Shown here: positions 23,901 through 36,100 of the stretch, in pieces
Layout of the letters: every line of letters begins with the position of its first letter
How positions within the stretch are numbered: position 1 is the stretch's first letter
Source of the DNA: Phoronis australis
Taxonomy: Eukaryota; Animalia; Phoronida
Length of the DNA: 64,000 bases
Direction of reading: 5' to 3'
Assembly (NCBI GenBank): GCA_002633005.1
Contig: NMRA01000015.1
Location: 318,054 to 382,053, forward strand
Notes under the pieces: generated by a model
The model's input: only the letters and a program-made list of their open reading frames with translations
Told to the model about the DNA's origin: nothing
Database searches by the model: none
Made by a program: the position numbers and the translations under genes

Positions 23901-26471
23901 NNNNNNNNNNNNNNNNNNNNNNNNNNNNNNNNNNNNNNNNNNNNNTAGTGGATGTGTTCACGACATGTCAATTGTTCCGTTTATTTATGAAATTGGTGCA
24001 TTTGTCACCACATCAGTCAGGACACATCATCCATGCGGTTAAGTCAGAATTTTTCAGGAAGATTGGTGAAACACTCCCCTCCAGCTACTGATGTTCGTCT
24101 GCGTTCTATCTTTACTGTCAGATCGTTTCTGAGAACGGAGTACGTCATGACCTTTTTTAGTCGGTTTTGCGACCTCAGTCATTAATCCTTTATAAGTGAT
24201 GGTGATGTAAGTTATTGGTCTTGATTACAAAATATATGTCAACATTTATTGCTCACCAGGTGCTTCTAACTCTGCCTTCTGCCAAAATTAAGCTTTACTT
24301 TGATGTAGGTCAAAAACTGGTGTTTGATAACTCTACTCACATTTCTGGAGTTGTTTGTTATTCACATTTGTAGAGTTGTTTAAGTTGTTATTCATATGTG
24401 TGTTACTCAGATTTCAGACCTAATGGGAACTAGAGACCAGTCTTTGGTTTTTGCCATCAAGACGCCAGGCTTGCTCACCGTAAATAATCAACTTTTTTAT
24501 AGCCTGGTGTCAAGCAACAATGCATTACAAAAATCTCACTTACTGCATAACGTGAAACTGTCGTACGAGGACTTGACCCCGTTTTGGGTCTCAAGCTTCA
24601 CTGGCTTAATTACCTACACTAATTTGAAACGGCTTTGTCCAGATATGCCTTGTGGGTCATAAAAGAAATAAGATTATCTAGAACTGATGTGACAACCTGT
24701 CAAACCACATTCATGTACTCACAGGAGAAATTAAGATTTACGCTCTTATAAACCATATCCGACAGTCAACTTGTTTCAGAAGTCTTATTGAGTCTTAATG
24801 CCGTGTGCGCAACGACGATGCGCGATTTCAGAACTGTGTTCACAATGATCAACATTAAAAATGGAGTACGAATATGTACCTTCTGGACTTTTTCCCAGCT
24901 TTCATTTTGAAATGGCTATTATTTCAGTTGTGAGTGACAGAAAACTATACGTCCTTTTTCACTTGCTGTACCAGAAAGTCTAACTAACTCACTACATTGC
25001 ATGAGTTAGATGGTTTTAGATCTTACACTAAGTTCATTACATTTCGTGAGTTAGGTGGTATGTATAGATTTTACACTACGTTCATTAAATTTATCAAATA
25101 AACACAGAAAAATCAGGAACCCCAACTGGGAATCGAACCACAGGTCTCTAGATATATATTTCATTACTCCAGGCCAACCTCAGCGTCTATATATTCATTA
25201 AATTTGCAGTTTTACTGCTAAACTATAACTGTTAACTCATATTTGCGATATTATAAGATGAAAATAGTTTAAAGATGTTAATTGTCAGCTTTCTTTGTTG
25301 ACCGTGAATCTGCTTTGTGACCGCGTTGTAATCTTTTGTGATGACTGGACAGTCTGCCAGTAGCCCGGACTGAATTTTAAAGATCTTGGCCAAAACTTCT
25401 TCAATAATTAGTGGAAAAAAATGTTACTTTGTGTGAGGAATTTAATTCTTAAACTTTTACATGGCGTTGAAAAGGGCGAAAATGTAAACGCGCGAGTCGT
25501 ATTTCTTCAGGCAGCTCTTTTGTCATCAAACTGTCAGCTTCACGGGCAATTGACTAAATAGATCTGTGATTTTCTGTTGAGCACAGACCGTTGCACCATA
25601 TGTGCCAACTCCGGGCGGTCTCTCACAACGATTTAGTGTAATGGTCAACTTCTGATGACAGTCTTGGGGCCATTTTTAAGCAATCCCTCTTAATTAAGTC
25701 CTCCAATTATCCTACCACCTTCAAACACAAGCTGAACCAAATACGTACATTTAGAGGCCGTCCTCAGATTGAAAACACTAATTGTCTATGAACCCTGGCA
25801 ATGAATTACTATATGGTTTTTTGTCTAATTCTTAATTAAGGTATTTCTTCTGGGGGAAATGTATGCTGCTTACCTAACTTTTAACAAAGAATTCGAGAGG
25901 CTCAACGGTTTGAAAAATCATGTTGTTTCAGCCTCAATAACTTTTTTCACTTCCGAAGTCATTGCTAAAGCCCCACAGTATTGCAGTATTTATTTCAATC
26001 AGTGTTTCACTTCATTGCACTGCTCACATGCACCACAAGATCTTAGAACAGTGATGATGATATCAAGAATGTTAATGCAAGAGGCTAATATGGCCATTCA
26101 TGCCTATACAGGAGAGCTATTACAGCTAGTACAAAGTGCCATGCATCTTACAAGTTAATGCTTTTATGGTGATGAAGGCTGGTTTATGGCTGCTTTGACT
26201 TGCTCATGCTTCTTTATCTCAAATTAAGTGTTTCTCACAGAACCATGCATGTTTGCCCTAATTTGGATGCTCGCAACTGTGGACCTATGCATGTTGCACG
26301 AAAAATGTTATATGGTAATTATATGACTTAAGTCATATAATTACCATATAACATTTCATTCATTCACAGGTTATTCATCAGCTGGCCGACATATCAAGAA
26401 TACCAACAGATGACATTGTGGACTTTGCCACTGTTCTGGTTCACTTGATAGTTGAAGGCAACGAACAGTAG
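11842..26471 (+). CDS. CNTD1: Cyclin N-terminal domain-containing protein 1 (COSA-1 orthologue); join(11842..11994,14467..14570,15642..15807,18338..18500,21706..21856,22662..22758,26370..26471), 311 aa
   Basis: Seven exons, all GT-AG, phases 0,2,0,1,2,0, 936 nt including stop. The protein matches recalled CNTD1 motifs throughout: EDCLVKLAEEN, AEFVFLACE, LEIFDKFM, LRAVSSCQLASK, ILQSELRVLKTLEYR, SPLVFVETLLETLGHN, CLKILDLYY, DHLLLSTAVISAA, VIHQLADISRI..DDIVDFA. Confidence 0.93.
12162..12339. mobile_element. Palindromic MITE-like element in CNTD1 intron 1
   Basis: Inner inverted repeat AGTGGAGTAAACGGGTC / GACCCATTTACTCCACT; weaker outer AGATG..CATCT ends. Confidence 0.5.
14467..14570 (+). CDS. 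CNTD1: CNTD1 exon 2
   Basis: ttttgcag|AATTAC...GACAA|gtgagt. Confidence 0.9.
15642..15807 (+). CDS. CNTD1: CNTD1 exon 3 (absent from the ORF track)
   Basis: cattacag|ATTCATG...TACAAG|gtaatg; FMCKHIEE...CQLASKITSHYK. Confidence 0.9.
16618..17903 (+). mobile_element. TIR element with 6-bp TSD and decayed THAP-like start (hAT- or P-like, non-autonomous)
   Basis: TIR CAGACCTGTGTACCA / TGGTACACAGGTCTC; AGTGAG at 16612-16617 and 17904-17909; decayed ..IPGCEES..KKG.S.F near 17040-17110. Confidence 0.65.
18338..18500 (+). CDS. CNTD1: CNTD1 exon 4
   Basis: gtttcag|GTGGTT...CTTTAG|gtaaat. Confidence 0.9.
19119..21592 (+). mobile_element. EnSpm/CACTA-like non-autonomous element E1, copy A, in CNTD1 intron 4
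   Basis: Starts CCCATACCAAAAGACCATG; dense subterminal GCAAGTTTGCGGCAA-type repeats at both ends; colinear inverted copy B at 30396-42663. Right end approximate. Confidence 0.7.
21706..21856 (+). CDS. CNTD1: CNTD1 exon 5
   Basis: tattttag|GTCAC...CATAAA|gtaggt. Confidence 0.9.
22331..22605 (+). mobile_element. Truncated K3 end in CNTD1 intron 5
   Basis: TTAA|GGTTATCTCAAACCTT... is colinear with 53718-54005. Confidence 0.7.
22662..22758 (+). CDS. CNTD1: CNTD1 exon 6 (absent from the ORF track)
   Basis: cctttag|GAATCAA...ACACTG|gtaaga; NQYSVVECDHLLLSTAVISAASHV. Confidence 0.88.
23457..23945. other. Assembly gap
   Basis: Run of N. Confidence 1.
26303..26356. repeat. Perfect 54-bp palindrome centred on TTAA
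   Basis: AAATGTTATATGGTAATTATATGACTT|AAGTCATATAATTACCATATAACATTT, checked base by base. Confidence 0.95.
26370..26471 (+). CDS. CNTD1: CNTD1 exon 7 (terminal)
   Basis: cattcacag|GTTATT...CAGTAG; VIHQLADISRIPTDDIVDFATVLVHLIVEGNEQ*. Confidence 0.88.
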   Translation, partial: VIHQLADISRIPTDDIVDFATVLVHLIVEGNEQ

Positions 26472-26684
26472 GTGGTCGAAGAACGGTAATCAGCCACAAC
26501 CAACTTTGCTCTGTTCACCTTCAGACAATTTGTGTGCAGTAGTTCAGTAAAAGGAGCATTTCACCGCTCTTAAGTTGTCAATGTTGATCTCTTTGGGGTT
26601 TAAAAACATTACCACACTCATCTGATATTGAAATGAGCAATTTCCTTCTGGACTGGCTATTCATATTCTACATGGGGTAATAAA

Positions 26685-26830
26685 ACAATTTATGTTCGAA
26701 GTATGTCCCAAAAATAACAGGTGCGTCGCAAGCTCCGTTTCCAGAGATAAAAAGGAGACCGTGTATAAGTGATATCAGGTCATTTATTATGACTGATAAG
26801 TTACAGAAATATGAGTGTACTATAACATAA
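26685..26830. repeat. Dispersed repeat; inverted homologue at about 43360-43495
   Basis: gtgcgtcgcaagctc..ttccagagat.aaaaggagaccg...tcatttattatgact is shared with the reverse complement of 43378-43490. Confidence 0.6.
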
Positions 26831-27259
26831 AGATAAAATATTAGTCTCTGGAAAGATGGGCAATAAAAAGCCTTCTCAGTCAATGTTCATAAACAGTGTT
26901 GAGCAGTGTTTGGTTACACCAGTCCAACTCAGTGGAACAGCTATGTGACTAAGAGCTGGACTGACACAAACAAGTCTCACTGTTTTCACTCACTGTGTAT
27001 GTCAATTTCCAAGAGCCTATGTGGTTTACTCACCCCTTCCAAGCCCAAATTGTTGAGTGAAAGGCTATATCACAGTAAAGTACATTGTGTGATTTCATGA
27101 GAGTAAAAGTCATAATTCAGTTTTTGTTTGTCCAGCTAAACAAGGCAAAATGCAACTTCAACAGCCGTTCAAACACTAAAAGTGCTTGAGACTATGATGG
27201 CAGACATTTAAGTTGCTAAAATTTTGTTTTATTTTTTTCTGCCAATAGGTAAAGTTCAG

Positions 27260-27673
27260 AACCATGGTTACCATCAGATACCGCTGTTTTAAGAGACTGT
27301 GTTTGCATGCAGTCAAGACTGTGGGAACCATGGTTACCATCAGATACTGTTTAGAGATCAATGTGTTCATGCGCAAGACTGTGGGAACCATGATTAATCA
27401 GATACTGTTTGAGTGCATGTGGGAACCGTAGTTACTATCAGATACTGTTTAGAGACAATGTGTGCATGTGGGAACCATGGTTACCATCAGATACTGTTAA
27501 GACTACAATGTATGCATGCACAAGACTGGAAACCATGGTTTCCATCAGATACTGTTTATAAATAGAGACAATGTGTGCATGCACAAATCTGTGGGATACT
27601 GTTAATAGACAATGTGTGCATGCACAAGACTGGGAACCAGGGTTTCCATCAGATACTGTTTAGAGACAGTGTG
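27260..27673. repeat. Minisatellite, about 50-60-bp unit (GGAACCATGGTTACCATCAGATACTGTTTAGAGACAATGTGTGCATGCACAAGACT); resumes at 30286-30308
   Basis: Direct inspection; split by the long-TIR element. Confidence 0.9.
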
Positions 27674-28119
27674 CACGGGTGAGAAACAACATGACCGCCG
27701 GTCCTCTTAAATCAGACCGACTCACCCAAAACAGGACCTCCAGGGATCAAATGGGACCGCCGCACCAGAAAATGGGACTGACGCACCTAAAAAGATGAGC
27801 GCCCCACCAGAAAACAGGACCGTCAGGAACTGAACATGACCGTCGGCGATTGAAACCGCAATGACTAAACAAGCTAAGATTTATTACCGGTAGACCTACA
27901 CAGATCATACAATGGAGCTATATACGTATGCATATGCAGGTCTTGTGCCGATTAATCCAACAAAATCTTTTGTGCGCTACAGGACACTTCACTTTGTAAC
28001 ACGCGGCGCTTTTCAGTTTAATGAGAATCGTTTTCTCCAATTTGACATTTTTAAGTCAAAAAAAAAACGGGCATTCTGGTTCTCGGGTGAAACATCATAA
28101 GCCTTTGTGCAGCAAAGCA

Positions 28120-29152
28120 GTACCGATATACTGAATATACAGCTTGTCGCCGATGTAGGTAAAACACTGAACATATAAAATCTTCACCAAATTAGTGTTA
28201 TTAACGACACTCTTCCTTGAGTAAACTAAATTATTTATCGGCGCTCGCCGGAAAAAAATGTCGTTCTGTCGTTATCCTCACTGCTAAAATTTTGGTCGGC
28301 TTAATACATTGACCAGTTCCTTTTTTCACCGATTCTTCAATCAGCTCTTCTCTTCTACAAGGTTGCGTGAAATCTTTTGTTGCAAATTCTTTGATGTTAT
28401 TAAGGGAACATGTTTAGTCATTCAAATTGGGTGCACCTCCCAGTGGTCTTTTCAGAACTGCCAAGCCTATTTAAATTCTATCTTTATTGAAGAGTTGTAT
28501 CATATTTGACACGCTAGCGTGTCACATTTTACACGTTTGATATGCTAGCGTGTCACATTTTACACGTTTGACGCGCTAACGTGTCACATTTTACACGTTT
28601 GATATGATAGCGTGTCAAACTTTACACGTTTGACACGCTAACGTGTTTTTACATGTTTTACACGTTAGCATGGCAATTTTGACGTGTATTACACGTTTTT
28701 TACATGTTTGACACGTTCAAAGGCATGTCAAACATGTAAAATTCTCACTTGGGATGGCACAACAAATTATTGGAACTGGTTTCATTTCGTCATAAGTTTT
28801 TAGTATTTTAATACCGGCAAACCGAATTTCAGAAAAATCATGGTGCTGCGAAGTTGAGTCATCATCTTCTGAAATATGTCGCAAAGTTTAGGAAATGGCG
28901 CATGCTCATGTCATGAGTCCGACAGACTTTTTGTTACAATAGGCAAACAAGTGACGTTCATTAGATTATTTTTCACTCAAGCGGCTGCAACCTGCTGCAA
29001 GGTGAGTGTTGATTGACTCCTAGATTTTGCATGCGCCTGCTCCGCTCGCTAGCTCTACATGTTGATATAAGTTTCACAACGAAATGACGTGCAGAACTAT
29101 ACCTGGGCTATGGGAAATTTTTGGGATGTAACGGAGCTCAATAACGCAGTGC
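28120..29152 (+). mobile_element. Degenerate K1-related fragment interrupted by an EnSpm-like insert
   Basis: Blocks at about 28125-28390 and 28760-29150 resemble 2527-3165. Confidence 0.6.
28507..28740. repeat. About 30-bp tandem repeat (TTGACACGCTAGCGTGTCACATTTTACACGT), probably subterminal repeats of an EnSpm-like insert at about 28439-28753
   Basis: Direct inspection; the unit contains the palindrome GACACGCTAGCGTGTC. Confidence 0.8.
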
Positions 29153-29217
29153 TTACAAAGCTTTATTTTACTTTATTTACACTGCTAGCTGACCATTTAC
29201 TCGCAGTATCATACAAA

Positions 29218-30095
29218 CCCTTATGAAAAAGCTTCTGGAAATTCTAATCCCCAAAGCCAGTGAGAATCTCACTGGGTGAGAATTTTGAACTTAGAAAATT
29301 TTGTGTGTGCCTTTTATACAGACACTGACTGAATAGATGAGAGATCAAAGCTTTTTTGGTAACCAAAACACTGCTTATTTTGTGAGTTTATATTGAAATT
29401 AGACTAAGGATACAATTTAATTGCAAATTGTGAAACATAAAAGACATAAACTAACAACAATAATGCCTTTGGTGAATCAGCAAAATATTGAAAACTCAGC
29501 TGTCAACACAGAATGAAGACATCAGTCTAATACTCGTGCTTCATGCACTCTACTAGATGTATGAAATGTACTAACCTTCAAGCATGTTAACACATAAAAT
29601 CAATCCAGGGTCCCCTCTAGTTGACTTGCTGACAAACTGTTCAGTAATTTCACAATATTTGTGAGAAAAACATCAACAATCTTCAAGCTATTTCTCCAAC
29701 TGCTCATTCCTGGCGCCATTTTAGTTTGAAATTCAGAAATATGGTTCAACTGAAATTTTCCACAGTTACAGCCAATCAGGGTGTTTGTTTATGTTAAATT
29801 CTCACTGAATTCTCACTCCAATTTTGGCAAGTCTAAATTCTCAGTCAATTCTCACTCAGATTTTCTAATTCTGAAATTCTCACTGATTCTCACTCAGAAT
29901 TTTTCTAAGACCAAAATTCTCACTGGATTCTCATTGTTACATAACATTTTCTCACTCATTCTCACTGACTGCCCCTGTTGTTCAATTCCCACTGGGTTCT
30001 CACTGGCATTTTTAACTATAATTGGTGATTTAGTGAAAATCTAACTGGAATCTAACTGGAATCCAATGAGATTCTCACTTTCTTTTTCGTAAGGG
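29218..30095. mobile_element. EnSpm-like MITE with TTCTCACT subterminal repeats
   Basis: TIR CCCTTATGAAAAAG / CTTTTTCGTAAGGG; many ATTCTCACT repeats at 29798-30080 with inverted copies near the left end. Confidence 0.6.
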
Positions 30096-31976
30096 GAGGC
30101 CTTGATAACTACAGTCCGGAGATCATGTTCAGTCCCCGGCGGTCCTGTTTTCTGGTGGGGCGGTCATGTTTTTAGGTGCGTCAGTCCCGTTTTCTGGTGC
30201 GGCGGTCCCATTTGATCCCCGGAGGTCCTGTTTTGGGTGAGTCAGTCCGATTTAGAGGACCGGCGGTCATATTATCTCACCCGTGATGTGTGCATGCACA
30301 AGACTGTTCAAATAATTAAATGAAACTATAGCTTTGGCATTTGGAGTGTGTATTTTGCTGTTTTGCTGGCTAAAGTGAAATTTGAGTTATGGCCTCCGGC
30401 ATTCCAAAAAAGGCCTTCCTGCAAACACTTGCTGCAAGCTTGCCGCAAAGCTGCGGCAAGCTTGCTGCAGTTGATGCGAACCAGCCGCAATACACATGGA
30501 ACCATCTCTGACCAAAGAGTGGTCGCAAGTTTCCTGCAACCCAGCCGCAAACATTGCTGCAAGCTTGCATGTTTTCCGCAAACATCTCAGTCCATGTCCT
30601 TATATGGAACAGTTCCTGCAAGCCAGCTGCACACATTGGTGCAAGCTTAATTGCCGCAAACATCTTCATGGGGTTATATAGAAGTTTTTGCGAACCACCT
30701 GAAAAATATTGCTGCAAGACTATATACTTCAGTTGTGGCATGAATAATTTAATGCAGAAATGTCCTTGGCAATTTTTATTGCATTCACTTGTTAAAACAA
30801 GAAAATACAGAATCAGCTGCATACTGGATTTAACATAGTTTTCAATCTCATAATGTATCATAATGACTAGAAATGAAACCAACATCACATGACAATGAAT
30901 AACAGAAACTATAAAAGTGTTCACAGTGGCAAGTAGTAATATTACTTGTATTACAATCAAAATTGTGTCTAAAGAGAACAACTTAAATGTATGCAAGCCT
31001 TAATTACAATATACCAAGATGTTTTATTCTCAACGCAGGACAAAATCTATGGTAATTGTAACAATGATATTATTTACATGAATAAACTAACAACAGCAAC
31101 ACAGAGCATTGAAATGCGCCCACAGTTGCGCCGCCAACTGGGTGTTTATTAGCATTGAAAGTGGCGCAAAATATGTCGAATGCCAGTAGAGAAAACCATG
31201 AAATCAGACTCTTCCTATGTGGAAAGGCATACTTAGCACAGCATGTCGAGCATAGTTAGGTATTTTTTATTTTAAATAACCTCATTACTTGTCAACTGAA
31301 AAAACACTCTTAACAATTACAAACATTAATTTTTTCCCATGTTCATCTAAAATTCTTGATTAACTGTCTAATACTTCATTGATTACTATTTTTGCTTCCC
31401 AATATGGTTTCGTAAAACATCAGTCCACTGAATGGGCTGTTATTGAGCGTTGTGTTGAAATTTGCAATATTTCGACTATAGGAATATCCTCCAACAGTAA
31501 CATTCATTTATCTAAGGCATCAAACATAAATTAAACCTTTCCATTTAACAATATTACTAATGTGTTGAAAAGAACAGCTACAGAGATTGTCCAGTTACAG
31601 TCATTCTAGTAGACATTCTAAACACATTCTACTCCAGACTAATCTGCATTACAGCAATAAGTGGACAGTGTTCCATAGGGATCGTGGGATGATTGCTCCA
31701 CTTTTCTTCCTCGTTTGTTCTAACCAACCTTGAGATGCTGTGTATGTCATTTGTTCCAGTGTTTTCAACTCAAACTTGCTGCCTTATAACATCTGCAGTG
31801 TGTCTGGTACATTATCATAAACCTAAAATATAATGCTATTTCACTTTCCACAAAAAGGCATTTGTGATAGCATTGTTAGAATCTCAATTATGTATTTAGA
31901 CGAAATTTACTCATGATGCTCATTTATGAACAGACCGTTGAATATGGGCGGCGCACCATAGGGGCTGGGGGGGGGG

Positions 31977-32858
31977 NNNNNNNNNNNNNNNNNNNNNNNN
32001 NNNNNNNNNNNNNNNNNNNNNNNNNNNNNNNNNNNNNNNNNNNNNNNNNNNNNNNNNNNNNNNNNNNNNNNNNNNNNNNNNNNNNNNNNNNNNNNNNNNN
32101 NNNNNNNNNNNNNNNNNNNNNNNNNNNNNNNNNNNNNNNNNNNNNNNNNNNNNNNNNNNNNNNNNNNNNNNNNNNNNNNNNNNNNNNNNNNNNNNNNNNN
32201 NNNNNNNNNNNNNNNNNNNNNNNNNNNNNNNNNNNNNNNNNNNNNNNNNNNNNNNNNNNNNNNNNNNNNNNNNNNNNNNNNNNNNNNNNNNNNNNNNNNN
32301 NNNNNNNNNNNNNNNNNNNNNNNNNNNNNNNNNNNNNNNNNNNNNNNNNNNNNNNNNNNNNNNNNNNNNNNNNNNNNNNNNNNNNNNNNNNNNNNNNNNN
32401 NNNNNNNNNNNNNNNNNNNNNNNNNNNNNNNNNNNNNNNNNNNNNNNNNNNNNNNNNNNNNNNNNNNNNNNNNNNNNNNNNNNNNNNNNNNNNNNNNNNN
32501 NNNNNNNNNNNNNNNNNNNNNNNNNNNNNNNNNNNNNNNNNNNNNNNNNNNNNNNNNNNNNNNNNNNNNNNNNNNNNNNNNNNNNNNNNNNNNNNNNNNN
32601 NNNNNNNNNNNNNNNNNNNNNNNNNNNNNNNNNNNNNNNNNNNNNNNNNNNNNNNNNNNNNNNNNNNNNNNNNNNNNNNNNNNNNNNNNNNNNNNNNNNN
32701 NNNNNNNNNNNNNNNNNNNNNNNNNNNNNNNNNNNNNNNNNNNNNNNNNNNNNNNNNNNNNNNNNNNNNNNNNNNNNNNNNNNNNNNNNNNNNNNNNNNN
32801 NNNNNNNNNNNNNNNNNNNNNNNNNNNNNNNNNNNNNNNNNNNNNNNNNNNNNNNNNN
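31977..32858. other. Assembly gap
   Basis: Run of N. Confidence 1.
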
Positions 32859-33184
32859 GCGACTTTGTCTACCTCGCTGAGTTTTCGTCTGCAGTGCATT
32901 TGATAAAACATATATTCGAAAAAAGCAGGTCAGAGAAATGAGACAATGGTTAAAAGTATATAGTCACGCCCGTTTCTGTTACTTAGGACTGTCGCTATTC
33001 TCTTTCGATGTGTGACTTTGTAGTGGTGCAGGCGCGCAAGTTTCCACACTTTGGAGTGCATGTTACCTTGACACCAACATGTGATTGACAGGTGACTCGC
33101 ACGTAGGCCCTACGCGCGTGCTGAATCCCGCTGCTATCTTTGGCCATAAAAAACGAGATGCATATTGAAAGAGGCCGTTATATT

Positions 33185-36100
33185 AAGTAACGAGTTATTG
33201 TCTAGGGTCATGGACTCATTTCAAAATATAATACTTGAACGTTTTTGTCACTTTATTTTCTTCCCATGTTTGCAAAGTTGAAAAACGCCGCCGGCATCAA
33301 AACCTCCGTTTTCAGTGACTTTGTCTGCCGCGCTGAGTTTCCGTCTGCAGTGCACTAGATAAATCATATATTCGAAAAAATAAGGCCACAGAAATGTGAC
33401 AATGGTTTTGCCAATCCTCCAAATTCTATTAAGGTGGGAAGCTCTCTCACTTTGAGCAAATCTCACAACTCACGGAAAGATGTCAAATTCTCAATATTTT
33501 GATGAATGTAACTTCCGGGTTATAGAAGATGGGTGGCGACCGAAGAGACAGTACAAGTGCCTTAATGGGTTACTGATTTTGTTGCTGCCTATCGATTTCT
33601 GAATTCAAAGGTTGGCAATAATGTATGTTTGTATATGATCTTGAGGTAATAAAAAACTGCTAGTCAAATTTTGTTTTTCGCTTATTGCATCGTAGTCAAA
33701 CTGACATTAGCAGATTTAACTAATGTCGCTGGCTGTTCTTTACTATTTCTTGCGTCAGCCCCCACGTGTAAGCGTAACTGTGTGAATTCAGTTATCGTTT
33801 CCACATCCCCTTTTTCGCCATCCAGAATAATTTTGTTTATACATTGGCCAGTTTCAGCCTGAACAAAAATTCTTGCCGTTCGAGTCTCGGAAATATCCAC
33901 GACGTAAACTGACTGAACATTGGCGATAGTGGGTAGGAGATGCACGAAGCTACCTACGAGCATGGGCTTAGGGAGCATCGAGCCGGGAAATATCGGAATA
34001 GACTTGACATCGCAGTTTTGGGGAACATTGGCAACGGATGAATGTCGTAAAGAACTGGGTTTTTCGTAACAACAGCTTAAAAGTACATAGCCACGTTTTT
34101 TGTTACTTAGGGCTATTCTCTTTTGATGTGTGACTTTGTAGTCATTTTGGTGCACGTGCGCAAGTTCCCACAGTTTGCAGTGCATGTTACCTTGACACCA
34201 ACATGTGATTGACAGGTGACTCACACGTAGGCACATACCGTAAACGTTCGGGTTAACGCCCTGGGCGGTTAAATTGGCAAACCCAAAATATCGGGGATGG
34301 GCGGTTAACCAGACATGGGCGCTTAAACGTGAAATTTCAAGAAATCCAGGGTGGGCGGTTAACCGAACGTGGGCGCTTATTACGACAGGCAACCGCCCTG
34401 GGCGGTTAATCTTACCTCGTGATTCTAAGTCCCCACACCATACACGCACTCGGAACGCGTAGCACTTTTCAAAGACCGTTATCGTCACGTCGCCACATGA
34501 CGGGGAAAATGTCATAACAGCGGATGATCCCAACAAAGGTTCTCTTGCCCTCAGATTAGTTATTCACTCTATTAAATTTACAGAATTGCTGAGTAATAGC
34601 CCCGTGCCGTCCTGCGGTCTTGTTACTTTGCCCTGCGCAGCGCAGACGACCAGAGACCACGCAGCCTCTACTTGGATTGCAAATATTTCAACACGTGACC
34701 TTGCTAAAGTGCGCGCGTGCAAGCTTCACTTGTTGCAGAGGTCACAGCAGACATCAAATTTATGGTTACAGTCTTGTACTAGCTGCCAAATTCATAGTCA
34801 GAGAACAGTTTTAAAATTAGTTGTAATAAAAGTTTGGTAAACTTAACTCAGATGTTTTTTGTGTTTGGAATGTCGACACTCCGTGACTCAATGACATTTT
34901 CAGCGTATGGTTCTGCGGCTAGCTTTTTTATCTCGACCGCCCGGCATTGCTCACTTGCCGTTGTGCCAAACATGCTCGTCAAAGAAGTAGGCCTAAGACA
35001 AGAATCGGGGTGAGTCACTCGTCAATCAACAATAAAATTTCGAGCCGCGGCATAAATATGTGATAAAACGCCACAAAACAGCGATGTTTCAATTCATTCT
35101 TAAACAATCACCTTACCAAACTTCGTGGTGGAAAAACATTTATTTTTCATGCAGGATGTCCAGATTATCCTATTTATATCACTTGCAAAATCGCATTGCG
35201 GCACTGTTCGGTCAGACTGTTAGCACGCAATGTCTCAGTCGGTTGACAATCGTGATTTATAAATGCCGTCAAGTAACATAACGGCCTCTTTCGATATATG
35301 CACCTCGTTTTTTTATGGCAAAAGATAGCGGCGGGATTCAGCACGCACGTAGGGCCTACGTGTGAGTCACCTGTCAATCACATGTTGGTGTCAAGGTAAC
35401 ATGCACTCCAAAGTGTGGGAACTTGCGCACGTGCACCACAACAAAGTCACCAAAGAGAATAGCGACAGTCCTAAGTATTAAAAACGGGCGTGACTATGTA
35501 CTTTTTAAGCTGTTGCTACAAAAGACCCAATTCTTTATGATGTTCCTCCATTGCCAATGTTCCCCAAAATTGCGATGTCAAGTAAATTCCGATATTTCCC
35601 GGCTCGATGTTCCCTAAGCCCATGCCTGTAGCTAGCTGCGTGCATCTCTTACCCACTATCGCCAATTTCAGTCTACGTCGTAGATATTTCAGACTAGAAT
35701 GGTAAGAATTTTTGTTCAGGTTGAAACTGGCCAATGTATAAACAAAATTATTCTGGATGGCTAAAAAGGGGATGTGGAAACGATAATTCACACAGTCACG
35801 CTTACGTGGGGGCTGACGCAAGAAATTGTAAACATGCTGCCAACGACATTAGTTAAATCTGCTAACGCCAGTTTGACTGAGATGCAATACGCGAAAAACA
35901 AAATTTGACTAGCAGTTTTTTATTACCTCAAGATCATACACAAACATACATTATTGTCAACCTTTGAATTCAGAAATCGATAGGCAGCAACGAAATCGGT
36001 AATCCAGTAAGGAACTTGTACTGTCCCTTCGATCGCCACACATCCTCTATAACCCGGCCGGCAGTTACATTCATCAATATATTGAGAATTTGACATCTTT

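Larger units (their letters stand above)
27674..30285. mobile_element. Long-TIR non-autonomous element with CAC...GTG ends and 5-bp TSD (Transib-like)
   Basis: About 165-bp TIRs at 27674-27840 and 30121-30285, starting CACGGGTGAGA; flanks gtgtg / atgtg inside a minisatellite whose unit reads ...caatgtgtgcatgcac. Confidence 0.65.

Noticed and set aside
23351-24091. Long ORFs spanning N runs (also 31907-32941 and 62905-63471)
   Set aside because: They are artefacts of translating assembly gaps.
25110-25155. tRNA gene suggested by a minus-strand GGTTCGATTCC B-box
   Set aside because: No A-box or cloverleaf can be built; at most a SINE or tRNA relic.
27260-27673. CRISPR-like appearance of repeat arrays (also 3650-3885, 6158-6435, 43960-44092)
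   Set aside because: Units are contiguous with no unique spacers, there are no cas genes, and the context is eukaryotic.
33682-34536. 284-aa ORF
   Set aside because: It crosses the junction between two non-coding T1 copies, has no recognisable domain, and I could not see an equivalent ORF in the sister copy.
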